From a virus (lineage: Duplodnaviria > Caudoviricetes), in IMG/VR virus record IMGVR_UViG_3300048583_000219, positions 1 through 59,637 of that record: a stretch of DNA of 59,637 nt, one strand, 5' to 3'. Made by a program: the position numbers and the translations under genes. This document shows positions 28,083 to 34,957 of the stretch, piece after piece. The notes beneath the pieces are model-generated. The model did no database searches. It worked only from the letters and a program-made list of their open reading frames with translations, and had not been told where the DNA came from. Numbering within the stretch: position 1 is the first letter of the stretch; the number at the start of each line of letters is the position of its first letter.

Positions 28083-29339
28083 ATGACCGATACCGTCCAA
28101 GCTCTGCCGCATGCACCGATGGCCGAAAAAGCCATCCTGTCCCTGATGATGGATCAACCCGAGACCTTCATGCGCCGCGCACTCGGTGAAGGGTTGCGGG
28201 CCGAAATGTTCCACCTTCACGGGCACATTTTCACGGCGCTTGTGGCGCATCACAAGGAACACGGCGGATTCGACCTGACCGCCTTCATTCAAGGGATGAG
28301 CCTTGCCGGCGTGCTCGACCGGATAGGCGGAGCCTCCGTAGTATCGGAAATCTACACCTATGCGGTGGGCAATGGCCAAGGCTGGACGATCTATTGCCAG
28401 CAACTCCGCGAGACCTATGCGATGCGCCTGGCGATTCTGCGCGCCCAAAAACTGACTGAGGCCGAGGACAGCGACGAGGCGATCCGCGAGACGGAAAGCG
28501 CCTTGGCTGCGCTCAGGGATGCCGTGAGAGGGCCGCGGCGGAGTGTGGGAAGCAAGGCGGCGACCGAAGAGTTTCTGGCCCGCACACAGGCCGCGATGGA
28601 TGCCGGCCCCATCCCCGGCGCATCGACCGGGATACAACCGATTGATTTCGTTTCCGGAGGGATGAAACCGGGAGAGTTTTGGGTGATTGGCGGCAAGCCA
28701 TCCCGCGGCAAGTCGGTCCTGATGCTACAAATCGCCTGCGCCTTCTTGCATCGAGCGGAACCGGTGGCGGTTTTCAGCCTGGAAATGATGCGCCATGAAA
28801 TCATTGGCCGGATGGTTTCCACGATGGGCAAGGTGGATTATTCGAAGATCACGCAGCCGAAGAAGCTGGAAGCGAATCTGGACCTGATCCATATCCGCAA
28901 CGCTGTGGGGCAGATTGCGGCCGCGCCGCTCTGGATCGACGACAGCGCCAACCAGACGACCGACAGCATCCTCAACGAGGCTGTCAGGCTGCGCGACGCG
29001 CACGGCTCGCTTTCTCTCGTCGTGGTCGATTACTTGCAACTTATCCGCGGCAACCGGCAGCGTGGAGAATCCCGCGAGGAGGAAGTAGCGCGCGTGTCGG
29101 GCGGATTGAAGCAACTCGCCAAGGAACTGCAATGCCCGGTCATCTCCGCCACCCAACTCAACGAGGCCGGACAATCGCGCGAGTCCCGCGCTATCGAACA
29201 GGATGCGGACGCGGCGCTCTGGATCGTCGAGGACGGCATCAAGGTGATGAAGCTCCGCAACGGAGTGAGAAACGACCTGCTACCGCTCTACCTCGAAGGC
29301 AGTTACCAACGATTTACCCATACCCAACCCACAAAATGA
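28083..29339 (+). CDS. dnaB: Replicative DNA helicase (DnaB family)
   Basis: LPHAPMAEKAIL N-terminus, Walker A GKPSRGKS, FSLEM, VVDYLQL and SRAIEQDAD. Confidence 0.92.
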   Translation: MTDTVQALPHAPMAEKAILSLMMDQPETFMRRALGEGLRAEMFHLHGHIFTALVAHHKEHGGFDLTAFIQGMSLAGVLDRIGGASVVSEIYTYAVGNGQGWTIYCQQLRETYAMRLAILRAQKLTEAEDSDEAIRETESALAALRDAVRGPRRSVGSKAATEEFLARTQAAMDAGPIPGASTGIQPIDFVSGGMKPGEFWVIGGKPSRGKSVLMLQIACAFLHRAEPVAVFSLEMMRHEIIGRMVSTMGKVDYSKITQPKKLEANLDLIHIRNAVGQIAAAPLWIDDSANQTTDSILNEAVRLRDAHGSLSLVVVDYLQLIRGNRQRGESREEEVARVSGGLKQLAKELQCPVISATQLNEAGQSRESRAIEQDADAALWIVEDGIKVMKLRNGVRNDLLPLYLEGSYQRFTHTQPTK

Positions 29340-29340
29340 C

Positions 29341-29604
29341 ATGAATCCGGAACTCTACGATCTTCTAACCAAACTATCCGCTATTCAAAAATCCAGGCAA
29401 TACAACTGGAAAAACGGCGATCCAGCCAGCTTGGATCTTGAGGCTGCGCACCAGTTGGAACTTACCGGACTGCGCAAGCGACTCGAAGCATTCTCCCCGA
29501 CCGGACGGGTGGCCGGAACCGAGGAAACCCCCACCGATGGAGCATCAAGCATTAACCGGTGTGGGAGTGCCCCATCGGTGGGATCAACCCTTTGCATGGC
29601 ATGA
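29341..29604 (+). CDS. Hypothetical protein
   Basis: Follows dnaB; ATGA-coupled to the next gene. Confidence 0.45.
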   Translation: MNPELYDLLTKLSAIQKSRQYNWKNGDPASLDLEAAHQLELTGLRKRLEAFSPTGRVAGTEETPTDGASSINRCGSAPSVGSTLCMA

Positions 29605-30041
29605 AACAGACGGTGACATATTTGAGGGAGGGCAGAAAGCTCCGCGCGACCGGCGTGATGGTGGCAAACGCTCCGAAGCAAGGTTTGGTGAAAGTGAAAC
29701 CCCACCGCGAAGATTGGGGGCATGTATGGATCACGCGCGAGGAAATCGCCGCAGGCCAAGGCAAGCCACTGGTTCAATCGCGCAAGCCCGCAAGCGAAAA
29801 CCCAAAGAAAACGCGCAAGCCGCGCGCCAAGAAACAGCCCCCGAAGCCACGCTGGCAACAGTTGATCCATGAGGTGAGAACGCTCGAAATCGAGCACGTT
29901 CCGGATGGGTGGCCGTGCGTGCGGATGCGGACACTCACCGAGCTTGCCAACGAACTCGAAGCGGCGCGGGCCAAACTGGCTGAGTTTCTTCCAGTCAACG
30001 CAGAGCTCTGGCACCGCCGGAGACGGCACACAAATCTATGA
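29601..30041 (+). CDS. Hypothetical protein bordering the cassette array; its C-terminus is encoded by attC1
   Basis: Reads through AGTCAAC as ...LPVN and stops at the ATGA inside attC1. Confidence 0.6.
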   Translation: MKQTVTYLREGRKLRATGVMVANAPKQGLVKVKPHREDWGHVWITREEIAAGQGKPLVQSRKPASENPKKTRKPRAKKQPPKPRWQQLIHEVRTLEIEHVPDGWPCVRMRTLTELANELEAARAKLAEFLPVNAELWHRRRRHTNL

Positions 30042-30122
30042 AACAAGAACCAAACACCGAGGCGGCGGAAACCGTCCAAACCACGAGCGTCCCGGCGGTT
30101 GTCCAGGAGCGACTTGTTGTGC
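29993..30122 (-). other. attC1 (distal end of the array)
   Basis: Plus strand AGTCAAC-gcaga-GCTCTGGCACCGCCGG...CCGGCGGTTGTCCAGGAGC-gactt-GTTGTGC. Confidence 0.8.
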
Positions 30123-30466
30123 CTCTTCCGTGTCCGTTTTGCGGCTATGAAGGAGTGCGAGTGCTGGAGTGCATCCGACTGAGCGTGTCTTGCGACCTGT
30201 GCCGCGGAATCGGGCCTGCTGCCGCCACCAGCCCCGAAGCTATCGAAAAATGGAACCAACGCCCCGCCGAAACGCTCATGTCTATCGACCGCACGCAAAT
30301 GCAGTCCGCGCTTCGAAAACTCGCAACGGCGGAATCGACCGGTGACTGGGGGAAAGATCTTGGGTGCATGCGAGAAATCGCACGCTTGGGGCTTTCTTGG
30401 CACAACGCAATAGGTATGGCAGCGGGAGCCGATGGATCGCCATCGTCAGCCAATGAAAAGCCTTAA
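30038..30466 (+). CDS. Cassette 1: Lar-family restriction-alleviation-like Zn-finger protein
   Basis: LPCPFCG...VSCDLCRGIGP...EAIEKWNQR. Starts in attC1 and stops in attC2. Confidence 0.65.
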   Translation: MKQEPNTEAAETVQTTSVPAVVQERLVVPLPCPFCGYEGVRVLECIRLSVSCDLCRGIGPAAATSPEAIEKWNQRPAETLMSIDRTQMQSALRKLATAESTGDWGKDLGCMREIARLGLSWHNAIGMAAGADGSPSSANEKP

Positions 30467-30494
30467 CCCGATTGCCATCACTCCCTTGTTATGC
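30400..30494 (-). other. attC2
   Basis: GCACAAC...GTTATGC with ATGGCAGCGGG/CCCGATTGCCAT arms. GCACAAC complements the GTTGTGC of attC1. Confidence 0.85.
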
Positions 30495-30517
30495 CTCTTC
30501 CGAATTACCAAACGACT

Positions 30518-30706
30518 ATGAAACCAACGCCAATGACTGCCGAAAGATACCTCGCAATTATCAATGATCTAATCCCGAAAGGCTGGATGCCGATTGGCCA
30601 GTTCGGGTCGATGACGTTCCGCCGAAACGGGAAAAACTACGACCTGTCCGCTGCGGATCTAGGTCAACTCGACCGCATCGAACGCGAGGGATTATTTTTG
30701 GCATAA
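30518..30706 (+). CDS. Cassette 2: small hypothetical protein
   Basis: MKPTPMTAERY...; its stop TAA lies within the GCATAAC core. Confidence 0.55.
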   Translation: MKPTPMTAERYLAIINDLIPKGWMPIGQFGSMTFRRNGKNYDLSAADLGQLDRIEREGLFLA

Positions 30707-30802
30707 CGCTGGGGGTATGGCGCGGGAACTAGCCGCGCAGGACTCAGAATCACCAAACCGCGACAACGGCTAGTTCCCGTTGCCATGACTCCCTTGTTAG
30801 CC
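30701..30802 (-). other. attC3
   Basis: GCATAAC...GGGAACTAGCCG/CGGCTAGTTCCC...GTTAGCC. Confidence 0.88.
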
Positions 30803-30813
30803 TTCTTTGAATT

Positions 30814-31101
30814 ATGACCGACGCACAAATAGCCTTAAAATTCTCGGACGATTACCCCTACGAAATCGACGAAGACACCAACCCTGGAGCGGACCTAAAG
30901 CCCGCCGACTGGGCACATCGTGCCGCCCGTGGAATAATGGCCGACATGAACGACAGGCGCGGGATCAAATGGGAAATCCAAAAGGTCGATATAGACACCC
31001 GGAAGGACATTGTGGCCGCGCTGGCTGCGATTATCCGCTTAGCGCATTCTGAGGCTAACGCAAAAAGTCCATCCGTGGACGAGAAAGGAACGAAACCATG
31101 A
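30814..31101 (+). CDS. Cassette 3: hypothetical phage protein
   Basis: DWAHRAARGIMADMNDRRGIKWE; tail and stop lie in attC4. Confidence 0.65.
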   Translation: MTDAQIALKFSDDYPYEIDEDTNPGADLKPADWAHRAARGIMADMNDRRGIKWEIQKVDIDTRKDIVAALAAIIRLAHSEANAKSPSVDEKGTKP

Positions 31102-31207
31102 AAGGCTGCATACGGTGTCACGGCCCGACCGACCACAAAGGCGACTGCGAGCGGTGCGACCGCGAAAGAACAGCGTCAGGGCCATCGGATGCGACGGCTT
31201 GTTCTCC
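31053..31207 (-). other. attC4 (long; its loop holds an RBS and start codon)
   Basis: GGCTAAC...GTCCATCCGTGG/CCAtCGGATGcGAC...GTTCTCC, with two extrahelical bases. Confidence 0.75.
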
Positions 31208-31403
31208 GTCTTATTCCGCTAGATTTCGACTCGGTCAAGACGCGGTGGAAATCCGCGTGCCGACTGGCGACATGGATAATCCGCACTGCTGGCACGGCCT
31301 CGATCTGCATACCGCAAAACAACTGCGGGACGATCTGTGCAAAGCCATCGACACCCTCGAAGCATTCCAAAATCTGCGCAAAGAGAATCCGGAGAACGCA
31401 TAA
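31098..31403 (+). CDS. Cassette 4: hypothetical protein with a CxxC...CxxC N-terminus encoded in the attC4 loop
   Basis: AAAGGA RBS and ATG 31098 inside attC4; ends ...ENA* in attC5. Confidence 0.55.
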   Translation: MKGCIRCHGPTDHKGDCERCDRERTASGPSDATACSPSYSARFRLGQDAVEIRVPTGDMDNPHCWHGLDLHTAKQLRDDLCKAIDTLEAFQNLRKENPENA

Positions 31404-31478
31404 GCTCATGGACGCCGACCTATTCACTCCGATTCAAGATGGACGCTCCTCGGCGTTCCATGCAGCGCCTGGTTCGGC
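31391..31478 (-). other. attC5
   Basis: GGAGAAC...GCTCATGGACGCCGA/TCGGCGtTCCATGcAGC...GTTCGGC. Confidence 0.85.
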
Positions 31479-32037
31479 GTTGGTGTGCGACGACACTGCT
31501 CCCGGCAAGCCCTATCTGGTGCCAATGACTCTGCGCAAAGCCAATGATTTCGTGGCCGCCCATCATCGCCACAACGGACGCACCGCCCGCAACGGCGGCA
31601 AGTGGTCCGCTGGCGTGGCCGTGGATGGAAAGCTCGTAGGCGTGGCTATCGTCGGAAACCCGCTGTCCGCGACACTGATGGACGGATGGACGGCCGAAGT
31701 GTTGCGCGTCTGCACCATCGAAGACGCACCGAAGGGAACCTGCTCGATGCTGTATCAAGCCTGCTGGCGGGCGTGGCGGGCAATGGGCGGTCGCCGCCTC
31801 ATCACCTACACGCTGCAATCCGAATCCGGCGCAAGCCTGCGAGGTGCCGATTGGCGAGTCGTCGGGCAGACAAAGCCAGTGAAGGACGGATGGCGGAAAA
31901 ACGACCATCTCAACGGAACCCGCACGCACTCGCCCGTCATGCTGGAGGTGAAGAACCGCTGGCAGCAAGATGACGGCTCTTATTCTTCGCCGAACGCAGA
32001 GGTGAGGCACGGCGCGAAGGACCCCGACCTCGACTAG
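31408..32037 (+). CDS. Cassette 5: XF1762/Mom-like GNAT-fold protein (possible DNA modification)
   Basis: ANDFVAAHHRH...GVAIVGNP...AEVLRVC...CSMLY...RAMGGRRLITYTLQSESGASLRGADW. Confidence 0.65.
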   Translation: MDADLFTPIQDGRSSAFHAAPGSALVCDDTAPGKPYLVPMTLRKANDFVAAHHRHNGRTARNGGKWSAGVAVDGKLVGVAIVGNPLSATLMDGWTAEVLRVCTIEDAPKGTCSMLYQACWRAWRAMGGRRLITYTLQSESGASLRGADWRVVGQTKPVKDGWRKNDHLNGTRTHSPVMLEVKNRWQQDDGSYSSPNAEVRHGAKDPDLD

Positions 32038-32074
32038 AAACTTTCCCGCCGTTGCCTCGACCGACTTGTTAGCC
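31989..32074 (-). other. attC6
   Basis: GCCGAAC...GGTGAGGCACGG/CCGtTGCCTCgACC...GTTAGCC, with canonical extrahelical T and G on the plus strand. Confidence 0.9.
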
Positions 32075-32110
32075 GTTCGGGGGACGCGGAAACACCAAAC
32101 AAATACGCAT

Positions 32111-32401
32111 ATGACACCAACCGAAGCCGCTACGGCGGACACAAAACAATGGAGAAAAGACCTCGACGGCGTGCTGCAAAGCATCAAGCGGGGGAGTGAC
32201 ACGAAGCGCGAAGTCCTCACCAGTGAGGATCACCCACGGGCAAGCCGTGAACGCTCGCTGGCCGTGACGAAACTCCAAGAAGCAATCATGTGGCTTGGAA
32301 TGGACCTCAAGGACATCGGGGAAACGCCGAACCCATACCCGCACAGCTACGACCCCGCGTCTCCGGTGATTGAACCGACGGCGGACGGATTGAAGCTGTA
32401 A
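32111..32401 (+). CDS. Cassette 6: Acb2/Tad1-like helical hairpin protein (candidate signalling-nucleotide sponge)
   Basis: SRERSLAVTKLQEAIMWL resembles the Acb2/Tad1-family RExSLAxTKLEEAxxW motif. Confidence 0.6.
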   Translation: MTPTEAATADTKQWRKDLDGVLQSIKRGSDTKREVLTSEDHPRASRERSLAVTKLQEAIMWLGMDLKDIGETPNPYPHSYDPASPVIEPTADGLKL

Positions 32402-32411
32402 ACACCAACCA

Positions 32412-32442
32412 AGCCGGAGAGTGGGTCTTCCATTCTCCGGCT
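32412..32442 (+). other. RNA hairpin after the cassette 6 gene, overlapping the attC7 core
   Basis: AGCCGGAGAGTGG-GTCTT-CCATTCTCCGGCT (13-bp stem, one G-U pair). Confidence 0.55.
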
Positions 32443-32525
32443 AACGCAATAGGTGAGGCACGGCGAGATAAGACGCCGCCTCACGAATAAACTTTCCCGC
32501 CGTTGCCTCGACCGTCTTGTTAGCC
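32439..32525 (-). other. attC7
   Basis: GGCTAAC...GGTGAGGCACGGCG/CGCCGtTGCCTCgACC...GTTAGCC. Confidence 0.9.
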
Positions 32526-32564
32526 GTTCGGGGGACGCGGAAACCACAACAAACCAGAACCAAA

Positions 32565-32771
32565 ATGCAACCATACCTAGACAAAGTATTCGATGAGTTC
32601 CGTGACTTGGAAAACAAGCTGAACGAACTCAGGGACTTCATGGAAAATCCCGAGCAGTGGAGAACAGTGAGTCCTGACAACCAAGAGCGGATGGAAATGC
32701 AGGCGAACGTCATGACGCTGTATCTGCACATCCTGAACAACCGCATCAAAACTTACAGCCCGACCGCATGA
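32565..32771 (+). CDS. Cassette 7 gene A: crAss001_48-like coiled-coil protein
   Basis: LENKLNELRDF...QANVMTLYLHILNNRI pattern. Confidence 0.55.
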   Translation: MQPYLDKVFDEFRDLENKLNELRDFMENPEQWRTVSPDNQERMEMQANVMTLYLHILNNRIKTYSPTA

Positions 32772-32831
32772 AATAATACCGGACCATGTTGGTGACGCCA
32801 CCGATATGGTCCGGGCAACCGCAAAACACCC

Positions 32832-33428
32832 ATGGAAAAAGAAATACAGACTCACGAAAAGAAAACCGATATTCCCGAAGACATGTGGGAAGCCGTCGGC
32901 GCATTACGCGGCGCACTCGCGGACAATCCCTGCGTCATTCTGGACGAGGCCGACCCGGAAGACGGCGACCGGCACTACTTCTTCTCAGACCCCGACTTGT
33001 ATGGGGCCATTCAGGACGTTGTAGAGAACCTGCCGGGGAAAACATTCCAAGGACACAGCTACGTGTCACTCGCGTATGCGCTGATGAAGCATGGAGTAGT
33101 ATGCGAAGCGGCAATCGAAGATTCAACGGCATTCGACAACGGGAAAACGCTGACCGGAATCTGCCGTGCATTCTGCGACCTCCAAGAAGACTCACCCGCA
33201 AAAAACATAATCACCGATAAAGAACGCATGGACTTCCTCGAATCGCTCGGGGATGCGCCTACTGACACCGACCTCCATATTCACCCGGAATGTGTCGCGT
33301 CCTTCAATATCTACCTTCGCGGGAACCGTCACAAGCCGGGCTTGGAGAATAACATTGCAGCACGGCAACACCACGGAATCACCTTCCGGGCGATGATCGA
33401 CGATGCAATTTTTTCGGCTAACCACTGA
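32832..33428 (+). CDS. Cassette 7 gene B: hypothetical protein; stop supplied by attI
   Basis: Ends ...FSANH* through GGCTAAC-CAC-TGA; contains a DKERMDFLE motif. Confidence 0.6.
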   Translation: MEKEIQTHEKKTDIPEDMWEAVGALRGALADNPCVILDEADPEDGDRHYFFSDPDLYGAIQDVVENLPGKTFQGHSYVSLAYALMKHGVVCEAAIEDSTAFDNGKTLTGICRAFCDLQEDSPAKNIITDKERMDFLESLGDAPTDTDLHIHPECVASFNIYLRGNRHKPGLENNIAARQHHGITFRAMIDDAIFSANH

Positions 33429-33450
33429 TTCAACCGCGTGCGCGGTTTTA
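33416..33450 (-). other. attI-like site
   Basis: Minus strand ...GGTTGAATCAGTG-GTTAGCC is a core with no attC hairpin, just upstream of intI. A second GTTRRRY (GTTGAAT) and the palindrome AACCGCG-TG-CGCGGTT lie nearby. Confidence 0.7.
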
Positions 33451-33468
33451 TTCCAAACCCTCAAATTT

Positions 33469-34443
33469 ATGACCAGAACCGAAACCCTCGCCAAATTCGA
33501 TATGATCGCTCGCCGCCGGATTGCTCTGACAACAGAGCGCTCTTATCGGTCATGGATCGTGAAATATCTGTCATTCCTCGGGACGGAAAAGGCCAAGGCA
33601 GCGACGACTTCCGAAGCGAAGATGGAAGTTTTCCTAAGCTCCATGGCTCACGAGGACTATTCGAGTGTCAGCCAGAATCAGGCGTTCAACGCACTTCTGT
33701 TCCTTTACCGCCATGTTCTCAAAATCGAAATTGGAGACGTTTCGGCTTTGCGCTGTCGCAAGAAGCAGAAGGAACGCTATATCCCGACACAGGCGGAAAT
33801 CTCCGCAATGTTCGAGCACCTGAAAAACACTCCGACTTACAACGTCCGCTTGCTGGCGGCTTTGCTCTATGCGTGCGGCTTGCGGGTGCAATCCGGATGC
33901 GAACTTCGCATCAAGGATTTCGACTTGGAACGGATGGTTCTGACAATCCATGAAGACAAGGGGGACAAGGACCGCCAAGTTTCGATTCCGGAATTATTGT
34001 TGCCAGCGCTTCGCCGCCAGATTTCCCGCGCATCGGCCCTTGCCGAAATCGACATTGCAGCGCTGCAACCGGTGCAACTTCCTGGACGTCTCGACCGGAA
34101 ATACCCAGCCAAACAGTTCGAAGTCGGTTGGCACTTCCTGTTTCCGTCTCCTGCACCGTGCGCTCATCCAAGAACCAAGAAAATGGTCCGCTGGTGCATG
34201 GGACCAGACGTGATTCAGCGGGCAATCAAGGATGCGGCAAAACGTGCGGGCATTCCCGGCAAGGTGACTCCTCATTGCCTGCGCCATTCGTTTTGCAGCG
34301 ATCTGTTGGATTCAGGCCACAACCCGCGCCGGGTGCAAGAGGCTATGGGACACGCGGACATTAGGACCACGATGGGATACGCCCGGAAAGACTGCCTGAG
34401 CCTGCCAAGCCCGATTGAAACCATGAAACTTCGTTCCGCATGA
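33469..34443 (+). CDS. intI: Integron integrase
   Basis: SQNQAFNALLFLYRHVL, LLYACGLR, KGDKDR, the IntI-specific insertion VQLPGRLDRKYP...WHFLFPS...HPRT, VTPHCLRHSF, MGHADIRTTMGY and a C-terminal SP. Confidence 0.92.
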   Translation: MTRTETLAKFDMIARRRIALTTERSYRSWIVKYLSFLGTEKAKAATTSEAKMEVFLSSMAHEDYSSVSQNQAFNALLFLYRHVLKIEIGDVSALRCRKKQKERYIPTQAEISAMFEHLKNTPTYNVRLLAALLYACGLRVQSGCELRIKDFDLERMVLTIHEDKGDKDRQVSIPELLLPALRRQISRASALAEIDIAALQPVQLPGRLDRKYPAKQFEVGWHFLFPSPAPCAHPRTKKMVRWCMGPDVIQRAIKDAAKRAGIPGKVTPHCLRHSFCSDLLDSGHNPRRVQEAMGHADIRTTMGYARKDCLSLPSPIETMKLRSA

Positions 34444-34784
34444 AGGCAGAGCGCACCAACGACAAGTGGACCGAATACGAAGCTCCGTGGGTTTCGGAAG
34501 TGGAGGGCGAGCCGTTCACCTACCGGGTGCAGTCGCGGTCTGAATCAGGCATGGCGCACACGGTTGATCTGACACAGCGCGGCGGGCATGGTGCCTGCAC
34601 ATGCACCTTCTTTCAAATTCGCGCCAATTCGAACTTCCGCCGGCATGGTCAACACATTCCATACGCCCCGAAGCGGGAAGGGGTGAGTGAGTGCATACAC
34701 ATCAGGTCCGCCCTCGATTTCTTCCATGTCAACGTCACTATCCCCATGCTCGCCTCATTCAAAAACGGAATCTCGAAACCATGA
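34440..34784 (+). CDS. SWIM-type zinc-finger protein
   Basis: YRVQSRS...HTVDL...CTCTFF...ECIHI; ATGA-coupled to intI. Confidence 0.55.
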   Translation: MKAERTNDKWTEYEAPWVSEVEGEPFTYRVQSRSESGMAHTVDLTQRGGHGACTCTFFQIRANSNFRRHGQHIPYAPKREGVSECIHIRSALDFFHVNVTIPMLASFKNGISKP

Positions 34785-34954
34785 TTTCATTCCCCTACGT
34801 CTGGACATGGAAAGCCCGACTGCCGGAGCGCCGCGGCCAAATGCTGCGCGTGATATGCCGCGGTAAACTCAACTCCTGCATGGTGGAGTTTCAAGACGGA
34901 TGCCGATACATCACATCACGGAACGCCCTTAGAAAATCTAAACCAACACCCTGA
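34781..34954 (+). CDS. Small hypothetical protein
   Basis: MISFPYVWTW...RGKLNSCMVEFQDG...TSRNALRK; ATGA start. Confidence 0.55.
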   Translation: MISFPYVWTWKARLPERRGQMLRVICRGKLNSCMVEFQDGCRYITSRNALRKSKPTP

Positions 34955-34957
34955 ATC

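Larger units (their letters stand above)
29993..34443. mobile_element. Phage-borne integron: intI, attI and 7 gene cassettes with inverted ORFs
   Basis: IntI-family integrase, seven attC hairpins, and complementary core pairs for every cassette. Confidence 0.9.

Noticed and set aside
29530-29582. Inverted repeat CCCACCGATGG...CCATCGGTGGG as an eighth attC
   Set aside because: It lacks flanking AAC/GTT cores, and no GTTGACT partner for the AGTCAAC of attC1 was found, so gene 29601 is treated as the fixed border.
29993-32525. CRISPR array or diversity-generating retroelement
   Set aside because: The repeats are divergent palindromes separated by whole genes; no cas or reverse transcriptase gene, and no adenine-variant TR/VR pair, was seen.
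32779-32814. Hairpin between the two genes of cassette 7 as an attC
   Set aside because: No core sites or extrahelical bases, and the cores at 32519 and 33416 already match each other.
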